Positions 10,276 to 17,412 of a DNA stretch of 64,000 nt are shown one piece after another (the first letter of the stretch is position 1; the number at the start of each line of letters is the position of its first letter). A program made the translations under genes and the position numbers. Below the pieces are notes generated by a model. The model was not told where the DNA came from and did not search any database. It saw nothing but the letters and a program-made list of their open reading frames with translations. The DNA lies in assembly GCA_038063515.1 (NCBI GenBank), contig JBBTUY010000001.1, positions 10,972 through 74,971 of the forward strand, in the 5' to 3' direction. The DNA comes from Patescibacteria group bacterium. Its GTDB lineage: Bacteria; Patescibacteriota; Minisyncoccia; Phycocordibacterales; UBA9973.

Positions 10276-10668
10276 ATGAAATTTTTTATAAGTAACCTGG
10301 TTGTTTTTACTTTTTTAGCTTTTGTTTTATTACTACCAACCTTAACTTTATATGCAGACACAAACCCTGTTCCGCCTACGACTACCCCTACTCCTTCCGG
10401 TAAACTAGTAAATCCAATACCAAGTATCACTTCGATACCTGGCCTTATTAAGACTATATTAGAGGGTCTGCTTAAGATCGGCCTTCCGCTCATAGCACTC
10501 GCTATTATTTATTGTGGATTTCTCTTTGTCGTGGCTCAGGGTAGTGAAGAGAAGCTTACTAAAGCAAAGGATACTTTGCTGTATACGATCATAGGATCAG
10601 CGATACTTCTCGGTTCTTGGGCTATTGCCAAGTTAATAGAGACGACTGTCACAGGTCTTGGAGCATAA
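10276..10668 (+). CDS. T4SS pilin-like protein, paralog 2
   Basis: IYCGFLFVVAQGSEEKLTKAKDTLLYTIIGSAILLGSWAIAK module; ATG 10276 chosen after the upstream stop. Confidence 0.55.
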   Translation: MKFFISNLVVFTFLAFVLLLPTLTLYADTNPVPPTTTPTPSGKLVNPIPSITSIPGLIKTILEGLLKIGLPLIALAIIYCGFLFVVAQGSEEKLTKAKDTLLYTIIGSAILLGSWAIAKLIETTVTGLGA

Positions 10669-10672
10669 ATAT

Positions 10673-11227
10673 ATGCTAAATTTACTAAACACAATACAAG
10701 AAATTCTAAATTCTCTCATACCGTTATTTGTAACTATCGGCATAGTGTATTTCGTATTCGGTGTTGTGCAGTATTTTATAGCTGATGCAGAAGAAGCAAA
10801 AAAGAATGGACGAGATAGGATCATCTATGGAATTATAGGCCTAGCGGCTATTACAGGCCTCTGGGGGCTTGTAAAAATAGTGCAGGACACCTTTGGAGTC
10901 AGCAACTTGTACGATCCAAACGTATCTGTTTCTGGTGTGTGTCGCGTGGGCACAACTTTCGCGACTTTGGTTTATTATATTATTTGCATAATAAATAAAT
11001 CCGTCATACCTCTTTTATTTGCGGTATCCATTTTAGTATTTGTATACGGGACGGTAAACTTCTTCATCATAGGTGCAGGCGAAGAAGCAAAGAGGACTCA
11101 AGGCAAGCAGTTTATGATCTGGGGAGTTGTAGCTCTCACGGTGATGCTCTCAGTTTGGGGATTAGTTAAAATTTTTGGTAGCACTTTTAATATTAATACA
11201 AGCGTCATACCACAGACTAAAGAATAA
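10673..11227 (+). CDS. T4SS pilin-like protein with two tandem pilin modules
   Basis: Two consecutive modules (…ADAEEAKKNGRDRIIYG… and …IIGAGEEAKRTQGKQFMIWG…). Confidence 0.55.
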   Translation: MLNLLNTIQEILNSLIPLFVTIGIVYFVFGVVQYFIADAEEAKKNGRDRIIYGIIGLAAITGLWGLVKIVQDTFGVSNLYDPNVSVSGVCRVGTTFATLVYYIICIINKSVIPLLFAVSILVFVYGTVNFFIIGAGEEAKRTQGKQFMIWGVVALTVMLSVWGLVKIFGSTFNINTSVIPQTKE

Positions 11228-11229
11228 TT

Positions 11230-11682
11230 ATGCTTTGCACATTTGCTACTGACTCAAAAATACAAGACGTACTGAACTACATTACCTGCTTTGTGTCAAA
11301 ATCTATATTGCCTCTCATTTTTACAGTGGCTATAGTCCTCTTTGTTTGGGGTATAGTGCAGTTTTTCATTATAGGTTCAGGTGAAGAGGCAAAGAGGACT
11401 CAGGGCAAGCAGTTTATGATCTGGGGAATACTCGCTATGGCAGTGATCTTGTCTCTCTGGGGGCTCGTACGTATCCTAGGGAGCACTTTTGGCTTAAATA
11501 CAAGTATTTTACCAGGTACTCGGCCCTCGTCTTCTTCTAATTTTAATCCCGCAGGTACAGACCCAATAGACCCAGGGAATTTCCCTATTACCTTACCTGG
11601 GTCTGAGAACAGTGATAACGTGGATTCTCCCATACCTTGTGAGTTTAGTGCAGAAGGTTGCGGTGGTCAGGTTGAGAGTTAG
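11230..11682 (+). CDS. T4SS pilin-like protein, paralog with a Pro/Ser/Gly-rich C-terminal tail
   Basis: IIGSGEEAKRTQGKQFMIWG module nearly identical to the one in the upstream gene. Confidence 0.55.
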   Translation: MLCTFATDSKIQDVLNYITCFVSKSILPLIFTVAIVLFVWGIVQFFIIGSGEEAKRTQGKQFMIWGILAMAVILSLWGLVRILGSTFGLNTSILPGTRPSSSSNFNPAGTDPIDPGNFPITLPGSENSDNVDSPIPCEFSAEGCGGQVES

Positions 11683-11776
11683 CTTTTTATTTAGCGTGTA
11701 GTATAATATATAGGTATTATTTATTATTAAAATAGGTCGCTTATTATTATAAATTTATGTTTGTTAAAAATTAGTT

Positions 11777-12190
11777 ATGAAAAATAAATTAATGGTTTTA
11801 TCAGGTTTAGTTATGATGTCTGCTCCTGTCGTTGCTTTAGCACAGGTGCAAATACAGAGCGGTGGGGCATGTAGTGGTCTTATTGGTACTGGTACAACAC
11901 AAGGAGGAGTAAAGGAGATCATATGTCGTGTTGGAGATATATTAAGTACAATAGTCCCAGTATTGATGGTGCTTGCTATCATCTACTTCGTATGGGGAGT
12001 TATTAACTACGTTATCGCTAGTGATGAAGAAGCTAAAAAAGCAGGAAGAGATAGAATTATCTACGGAGTTATAGGTCTTGCTGTTATCGTCGGTGTATGG
12101 GGACTTGTAAAAATCGTTCAAGATACATTTGGTTTTGATAACACTAATACAAACCCTATAGTTCTACCAACTATCGATATCTATAACTAA
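11777..12190 (+). CDS. T4SS pilin-like protein, paralog
   Basis: Signal peptide ending in ALAQ, plus a VIASDEEAKKAGRDRIIYGVIGLAV module. Confidence 0.55.
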   Translation: MKNKLMVLSGLVMMSAPVVALAQVQIQSGGACSGLIGTGTTQGGVKEIICRVGDILSTIVPVLMVLAIIYFVWGVINYVIASDEEAKKAGRDRIIYGVIGLAVIVGVWGLVKIVQDTFGFDNTNTNPIVLPTIDIYN

Positions 12191-12192
12191 GC

Positions 12193-12516
12193 ATGATGAA
12201 TTTGTTTTCTACTAACATAGCCTATGCTGCGACGCCGGAGCTTGATAAGTTTATCAGGAACGTGGATCGACTTATTATAAATCCCATCATTACCTTACTT
12301 TTTGCTATTGCTGTCGTATATTTTCTTTACGGTGTGTTTCAGTTTTTGTGGGCTAGTGCAAGTGAAGAGAAAAAGACAAATGGCAAGTCGCACATGCTCT
12401 GGGGCATCATCGGGATCACGATCATGATGAGCGTCTGGGCTATCCTTGGTATCGTAATGCGTACCATAGGAGTCACAGGTATTAACCCACAGCAGGGAAC
12501 AGTGGAGCTAAGGTAG
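12193..12516 (+). CDS. T4SS pilin-like protein, paralog
   Basis: LWASASEEKKTNGKSHMLWGIIG module. Confidence 0.5.
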   Translation: MMNLFSTNIAYAATPELDKFIRNVDRLIINPIITLLFAIAVVYFLYGVFQFLWASASEEKKTNGKSHMLWGIIGITIMMSVWAILGIVMRTIGVTGINPQQGTVELR

Positions 12517-12540
12517 TAGAAATAAAATAAATAGAAATGT

Positions 12541-12575
12541 AAAAGAGCCGAATCATAAACGATTCGGCTCTTTTT
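12541..12575. terminator. Bidirectional rho-independent terminator AAAAGAGCCGAATC-ATAAAC-GATTCGGCTCTTTTT
   Basis: Perfect 10-bp stem flanked by A4 and T5, between convergent transcription units. Confidence 0.8.
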
Positions 12576-12644
12576 GTGCTAGCCAACAGCACGATTTTTC
12601 GGCTAAGACCCTTTGACGGGGGTCAGCCGTGTCATCTACAATCG

Positions 12645-13043
12645 TCACCAGCGATTGTAGATGACAACCTCCTGCCCTTTATCAGGGCGGAAGGTGTAAA
12701 ATCCCGCGGGTTCCTCGGGAGCATGATCGCTCCCGGGGCAGTCGTGAATCTCACGACCGCTGGGTGTGTCTATATAGATACACCCACCCTTCGGGTAGAT
12801 GGCTGGAGAAAGCTCTAGCCACTTCCGAAGGCCTTCCTTTGGAATCTTGAAACGCTTGGGGGTTTTAGCCCCGCTCCCACTGGTGGTGGTACCAGTGGAG
12901 GAATTTTTGGCTTCGACTTTTTGAGGGGCCTCAGCCAGTTGGGTTTTTTTGGTGCTACCCGCTTTCTTTATCAGAAAAGTAGTAACACCTAAGATGATCG
13001 CAGCAACAATGGCAATCAACAGAAGCCCGCTTATTTTTTTCAT
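12645..13043 (-). CDS. Small membrane-anchored protein; C-terminal part encoded by a GC-rich palindrome-dense segment
   Basis: Start codon shares one nucleotide with the upstream stop (TAATG). N-terminal TM anchor. The C-terminal 60 aa come from a region of about 58% GC. Confidence 0.4.
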   Translation of the reverse strand: MKKISGLLLIAIVAAIILGVTTFLIKKAGSTKKTQLAEAPQKVEAKNSSTGTTTSGSGAKTPKRFKIPKEGLRKWLELSPAIYPKGGCIYIDTPSGREIHDCPGSDHAPEEPAGFYTFRPDKGQEVVIYNRW

Positions 13044-14062
13044 TAGTTTTTACTCCCTAAGAATTTTGCAACCAGGGCTGCAGTTGCAGGGTCAAGGCTA
13101 AAATTTTGTGCAGCAATATTCTTCGTGGCCTTACCCAAAGCCATTTGAACTTGCTCTTCTGCTCTTAGCCTGTCCATGCCACCTTTGATAATATTTCCGT
13201 CTTCATCTTGACCTCCATTTACAAGGAGATCAACCATACTATCAAAGTGTCCAATTTCGACGATCTGTCCTTTACGTTGCAGCTTTTCTCTGGTTTTTAA
13301 GGCCAGGTCTTCAGCTACTTTTGAGTCCGAAGGAGCTATCTGAGGTATTACAACATTCGTTATTTTGATACCCCAGGCATCGCTGTCATCTTCGTTTAAT
13401 CTCTCAAGGAGTTGGTCTCCCAACTCCTCATTCGAACTAAGCACTGTTTCAAGATTCATTTGACGCACGCGCACTCTGATTACTTGGTCACGTGCGTCAT
13501 CGATACCTTGCTTTATGTCTTTCATTTCTACCCCGAGATATTCGTAAAGATTGTCGGGGTAATAAGTTACTGTTGCGCTTACAGTAACTTCTACGTTATC
13601 TGCGGTCATAACTCTTAGTTTGTCGAGCGGCATTATCTGCAGTTTGACGTCCTGCGTTTTCAAGGAAAATGGGAGAGGGATCCAACGTAGTCCTTCTCCA
13701 ATTTGAATTCTTTGCCGTTCGCCAAAAAGGAGGAGTAATCCTCTATGCCCAATTTCGACGGTGATGAGCCCATTGACGACCCACCACCCTAAGAATATCG
13801 TCCAAGCTAATAGCCCGAACCATATCCATGACATCGAGAAGCTTAGAAACGTTTCGTAGGCGCTTAGTAATACTAATCCCGCGCCCAGTATGCCCAGTAT
13901 TCTGTCGCCTTGTTCTTTTAAGAATACTAGACATACGATTCCGCCAATAATTCCGGCTACCACACTTAGGCCTTCGAAGCCGTAGATGCGGTAGATGAAT
14001 ATGGTGATTAATCCCAGCAGAGCTGCTGCCAGAACTAATCCTAAAAATTTTTCTTTTCCCAT
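13043..14062 (-). CDS. SPFH/band-7 (stomatin/HflK-like) membrane protein
   Basis: N-terminal multi-TM region, then an SPFH core (…IGHRGLLLLFGERQ…VMTADNVEVTVSATVTY…); AAGGAGA SD 5 nt before the ATG. Confidence 0.7.
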   Translation of the reverse strand: MGKEKFLGLVLAAALLGLITIFIYRIYGFEGLSVVAGIIGGIVCLVFLKEQGDRILGILGAGLVLLSAYETFLSFSMSWIWFGLLAWTIFLGWWVVNGLITVEIGHRGLLLLFGERQRIQIGEGLRWIPLPFSLKTQDVKLQIMPLDKLRVMTADNVEVTVSATVTYYPDNLYEYLGVEMKDIKQGIDDARDQVIRVRVRQMNLETVLSSNEELGDQLLERLNEDDSDAWGIKITNVVIPQIAPSDSKVAEDLALKTREKLQRKGQIVEIGHFDSMVDLLVNGGQDEDGNIIKGGMDRLRAEEQVQMALGKATKNIAAQNFSLDPATAALVAKFLGSKN

Positions 14063-14300
14063 AACGTCTCCTTCGCGCCAGAGGCGCAGTGTTGCGCCCG
14101 CGACGGCGCGGGTGAGTTAACGTTTCTGGATAAATAAATTTACCCAGCTTTAAAAATTCCACTACCTCAAGGTCTCCCTCGAAATACTAAAATTTTTACG
14201 AACTGCATAGTTTGCTCACTAAAGAGCCAGTTTTTACTCGCTACTTGGTAAGCAAACCATGCAATTCTTATTTTATTGTCAGGGGACAGTCTACTGGTGT

Positions 14301-14329
14301 ATTATAGCATATAAATACAGAAAAGTCAA
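14301..14329 (-). promoter_or_regulatory. Consensus sigma70 promoter TTGACT-17-TATAAT (minus strand) with overlapping palindrome GTCAATATTGAC
   Basis: Read on the reverse complement: -35 at 14329-14324, -10 at 14306-14301. A 12-bp perfect palindrome (14325-14336) overlaps the -35. Confidence 0.55.
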
Positions 14330-14375
14330 TATTGACGTTACTTCAAATAGCCTATATTATATAGGTATAACTATG

Positions 14376-14422
14376 AAAAAGACCCTTATATAGATACGTC
14401 TATATCGGGGGCTTTTTCTTTT
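14376..14422 (-). terminator. Hairpin plus U-run directly after the NYN gene stop
   Basis: AAAAAGACCC...GGGGGCTTTTT outer stem with an inner TATAGA/TCTATA stem; on the minus strand it is followed by a T-run. Confidence 0.55.
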
Positions 14423-14903
14423 AGGACTGACTAGAGAATTTATGATAATGATCATTTAAGAAGGTCAGTTCAATATTCTTATTTCGGAGTAAAATAGAAC
14501 ATTTGTTCTTATCTGGTGCTAAAACACAGGTTAATGACTTGTTTTGCTCTAAAAACTCAACAAGGCAACCAAAGTCACCATCCCCAGTTATTAAAATACA
14601 TGAATTAAAAGCTTTAGTATAGAAATCTGAAACATTTTTTAGAACGAGTTCAGCATCACAGTTACCCTTTATTCTTCCATCAACAGATATGGTTTGTTTA
14701 AAAACAAGAATAAAACCACACTCTTGAAGGTATTCATAAAATTTTACCCTATTTGGAACAAGACCTATAAATAGGTATATATTTTCTGGGTTATATTTTT
14801 GACGAAGCCAGCCTCTAAATTTCTTATAGTCTATTTCGAAACCAAGTTCTTTTGCTGCTCTGTAGAGATTATTTCCATCAATATAAATATTAATTTTATT
14901 CAT
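14421..14903 (-). CDS. NYN-domain (LabA-like) protein, putative RNase
   Basis: IYIDGNNLY, GNCDAEL and ITGDGDF motifs of the NYN fold. Confidence 0.7.
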   Translation of the reverse strand: MNKINIYIDGNNLYRAAKELGFEIDYKKFRGWLRQKYNPENIYLFIGLVPNRVKFYEYLQECGFILVFKQTISVDGRIKGNCDAELVLKNVSDFYTKAFNSCILITGDGDFGCLVEFLEQNKSLTCVLAPDKNKCSILLRNKNIELTFLNDHYHKFSSQS

Positions 14904-14927
14904 TTAAAGTATATTTTACCATAAATC

Positions 14928-14954
14928 AAAAAATCCCCAAGTTGGGGATTTTTT
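14928..14954. terminator. Bidirectional terminator AAAAAATCCCCAAGTTGGGGATTTTTT
   Basis: Perfect stem with flanking A and T runs. Confidence 0.8.
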
Positions 14955-14965
14955 GATTACGATTA

Positions 14966-15661
14966 TTAATCGTGCTTCGCAGGCTTTGCGTGATATCTAG
15001 CTTCTCCACCAAAGATTTTTCGGACGAGGACGACTATTATAAGTATGATTATTGCAAATAGTATCCACTGTAGAAGTCCTGAGGGCATGAAGCTACCGTT
15101 ACCAAAGATTGCATTCGAAGCGAGGTCAGAATAATTTCCTATAGATTTATCTTCTGTCGTACTTTTGTTTTGGTTATATAGGTAGTTGTTAGGATCTTCG
15201 TTCTTTTGAGTATTTGTAGTTTGTGCAGTTTTTACATAACCCTTTATTTTAAAGAATATTGCAACAGAATACGCACTTCTACTAGGGTTGTATACGTTTA
15301 TGTATCCACCGTCAGAGCTCGAAAGGTCTGCATTAGTTAGGTGTATAAAGAGGTGCCTTCCATCTATGAAAGTCGTAGGGCGAGGGGAGCCTTTCCATCT
15401 TGCGACAGAGTTAGCCATAAATCCACGACCCGTAAGAGTAACAGTTGTATCAGGTTCACCTGAGTTTGCTGATCCAGGCTTTAAAGAATAAAGCTGTGGT
15501 ACGGGGTTCTGTGAGGGTGCTAGGAAGTGGTCGTATCCATCATCATAATACTCTGCTTTTGCAGTATGAGGCATAAATGCGAGTCCTAAAGAGAAAATAG
15601 CTAGTATTATCAATGTAGAAACTACTCCATATTTGATTTTTAGACTATTTATTTTATTCAT
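14966..15661 (-). CDS. Secreted, C-terminally membrane-anchored protein with an Ig/IPT-like segment
   Basis: Signal peptide MNKINSLKIKYGVV...AKA; TVTLTGRGF...ARW segment; C-terminal TM plus a basic tail. Start set at ATG 15661 because the longer frame would overlap tRNA-Leu. Confidence 0.45.
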   Translation of the reverse strand: MNKINSLKIKYGVVSTLIILAIFSLGLAFMPHTAKAEYYDDGYDHFLAPSQNPVPQLYSLKPGSANSGEPDTTVTLTGRGFMANSVARWKGSPRPTTFIDGRHLFIHLTNADLSSSDGGYINVYNPSRSAYSVAIFFKIKGYVKTAQTTNTQKNEDPNNYLYNQNKSTTEDKSIGNYSDLASNAIFGNGSFMPSGLLQWILFAIIILIIVVLVRKIFGGEARYHAKPAKHD

Positions 15662-15700
15662 ACCTATATAATAGCATATTTTAAATAAAAAGTCAAGTTG

Positions 15701-15782
15701 TGCTGGAGAAGGGACTCGAACCCTTAAGCCTTGCGGCACTAGTTCCTAAGACTAGCGCGTATACCAATTCCGCCACTCCAGC
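15701..15782 (-). tRNA. tRNA-Leu (anticodon TAG)
   Basis: Cloverleaf with a 7-bp acceptor stem, CTTAGGA anticodon loop, long variable arm, GGTTCGAGTCC T-arm. Confidence 0.8.
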
Positions 15783-15786
15783 AATG

Positions 15787-15859
15787 TGCGCCCTGAAGGG
15801 ATCGAACCTTCGACCTTATCCTTAAGAGGGATCTGCTCTACCAGCTGAGCTAAGGGCGC
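15787..15859 (-). tRNA. tRNA-Lys (anticodon CTT)
   Basis: GCGCCCT acceptor stem, GCTCAGCTGGTAGAGC D-arm, CTCTTAA anticodon loop, GGTTCGATCC T-arm. Confidence 0.8.
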
Positions 15860-15902
15860 ATTATTTTAAATTTTTTAACTTCTATTTTATAACATTCTTC
15901 TG

Positions 15903-16087
15903 TTGAATCCGCTACAGCTGAGCTAAGGGAGTATTTTATATTTTTAAAACCTACCTATATTATTATCTAATAAATTATTTTGTTGAACCCGCTACATCTA
16001 AACTAAGGGCGCATACGTATTTACATCTTATTTTAAACTATAATCTTACTAAAAATCTAACGACCTACCAAAACAACTAAGGGTGCA
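15903..16087 (-). repeat. Three degenerate copies of the 5' portion (acceptor plus D-arm) of tRNA-Lys at about 75-79 bp periodicity (15903-15934, 15983-16013, 16056-16087)
   Basis: Shared core CTAAGGG[C/A/T]G[C/T]AT and GCTACAGCTGAGCTAAGGG; similarity decays with distance from the intact tRNA-Lys. Confidence 0.5.
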
Positions 16088-16117
16088 TTTATAAAACAAA
16101 AAAATTTCAAAAAACGG

Positions 16118-16199
16118 TGCCCGGAGTGGGAGTCGAACCCACATCCCTTACGAGACACGATTTTAAGTCGTGCGCGTATACCAATTCCGCCATCCGGGC
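16118..16199 (-). tRNA. tRNA-Leu (anticodon TAA)
   Basis: GCCCGGA acceptor stem, CTTAAAA anticodon loop, long variable arm, GGGTTCGACTCCC T-arm. Confidence 0.8.
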
Positions 16200-16259
16200 A
16201 ATTTATTTATAACCTTCCTAATATATCAGAGAAATAAAGAAATGTTAAATAAAATGCTG

Positions 16260-16332
16260 AGGCCACGGTGGGATTTGCACCCACGCGTCGCGGTTTTGCA
16301 GACCGCTGTGTTAGCTACTTCACCACGTGGCC
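16260..16332 (-). tRNA. tRNA-Cys (anticodon GCA), non-canonical T-loop UGCAAAU
   Basis: 7-bp GGCCACG acceptor stem, 5-bp anticodon stem with CTGCAAA loop, 5-bp T-stem; 3-bp D-stem. Confidence 0.65.
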
Positions 16333-17040
16333 TTCTATTATCCTTTTCATTACTTTATCGATAACTTGCGGTCGTAATTTAAAGTAATTATTGAATATTC
16401 TAAATTTTCGCATAAAAAAGGAATTAATGCTAGTGCCTTTATACATCAGCTTAAATAACTCTAAAGAATCTTTTGTATTATATATTAATTGATAGGATCT
16501 TTTACTTACATATATTTTACCATTTTTAATCTCAGCAATTTCTAAAGAAGCCTGCATTTCTTGAAGAAATAATTTACTACCACTTGTAAATATTACACGT
16601 ACTCTTTTGATAATTAATTTTTGAGTTTTACCTTTAGTTTGTAGAAAACTAACACAACCATCACCATCAAAATATCCTCTGACAAAGTCACCTAAGTATT
16701 TTTTTGGAATTTTAGGAAAATTTATCGTTAAGGATTTATTTGGGTATAATCCTAATTTAAAAAGGTCGTTATATATTTTATGGCTGCCTATTCTTAATAT
16801 AAAACAAATTTTTCCTCCTATGAAATTTGATTTTTTCTGACCAATTTTATGCTCAGAATTTAGCCAGTTTTTAATTCTATATATAGAATCTTCATCTGTG
16901 CTTGTTATTTGTATGTATTTACCACGCATGTAAGGGGAATCATCTAAGCTTCCATCAGCGTAGATATAACCTAAAACATATCCCATAGTCGGTGACCATT
17001 TTTTAAAAAACTTTTCGTTAACTTTATATTTTAATCCCAC
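16315..17040 (-). CDS. LAGLIDADG homing endonuclease, double-motif, free-standing
   Basis: Two motifs, LGYIYADGSL and VRGYFDGDGCVSF, about 100 aa apart. The 3' end overlaps the 5' end of tRNA-Cys by about 18 nt. Confidence 0.75.
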   Translation of the reverse strand: MGLKYKVNEKFFKKWSPTMGYVLGYIYADGSLDDSPYMRGKYIQITSTDEDSIYRIKNWLNSEHKIGQKKSNFIGGKICFILRIGSHKIYNDLFKLGLYPNKSLTINFPKIPKKYLGDFVRGYFDGDGCVSFLQTKGKTQKLIIKRVRVIFTSGSKLFLQEMQASLEIAEIKNGKIYVSKRSYQLIYNTKDSLELFKLMYKGTSINSFFMRKFRIFNNYFKLRPQVIDKVMKRIIEGHVVK

Positions 17041-17085
17041 TTTTATATTATAGGTGGTAATTATGTATACTGCAAGTTAATTGCT

Positions 17086-17403
17086 CTATCTAAGCAATTC
17101 GTCAATTCTTTGTCTGTTCTTTTCTCCTTGATCTATCTCAATATCAATAAAAGGAATTATTTTAACAGGCATATTCTTTTTCAAGTATTCTCGGAGTTCT
17201 GGTCTTTTGCGTTTTGCGAATTCTAGCGCAGTCTTTTCTTTGTCAGTAGGAAGTACTGTCATAAAAATTGTTGCACGCTTTAGGTCAGGGGAACAGCTCG
17301 CATTTGTAACAGTCAAAAGGGAAGTTTTATTATTTTCTCTTCCTAGGAATTCTGCTGCCAGTTCTTTTATTTTATTTGTGACTTTCTCGTTTCTTTGGGT
17401 CAT
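17086..17403 (-). CDS. rbfA: Ribosome-binding factor A
   Basis: RbfA-like SPDLKRATIFMTVL core; lies directly downstream of infB. Confidence 0.7.
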   Translation of the reverse strand: MTQRNEKVTNKIKELAAEFLGRENNKTSLLTVTNASCSPDLKRATIFMTVLPTDKEKTALEFAKRKRPELREYLKKNMPVKIIPFIDIEIDQGEKNRQRIDELLR

Positions 17404-17412
17404 ATTTGTCTA

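Noticed and set aside
9801-12516. Type IV pilus major pilins (PilA/ComGC-like)
   Set aside because: None of the ORFs has the prepilin peptidase site (G/FTLIE) at the N-terminus. The two-helix plus signal-peptide architecture fits VirB2/TrbC-type pilins instead.
12576-12818. 80-aa + strand ORF in the GC-rich segment
   Set aside because: GC-rich DNA is open in several frames. The minus-strand frame is preferred because it continues from a TM-helix N-terminus and its start is translationally coupled (TAATG) to the SPFH gene.
12576-12900. Possible tmRNA, RNase P RNA or SRP RNA
   Set aside because: I checked for the tmRNA 3' T-arm/CCA and tag ORF, the RNase P AGGAAAGUCCGGGCUCC P4 consensus, and SRP domain IV. 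None is present. Left as an unclassified structured or GC-rich segment in the findings.
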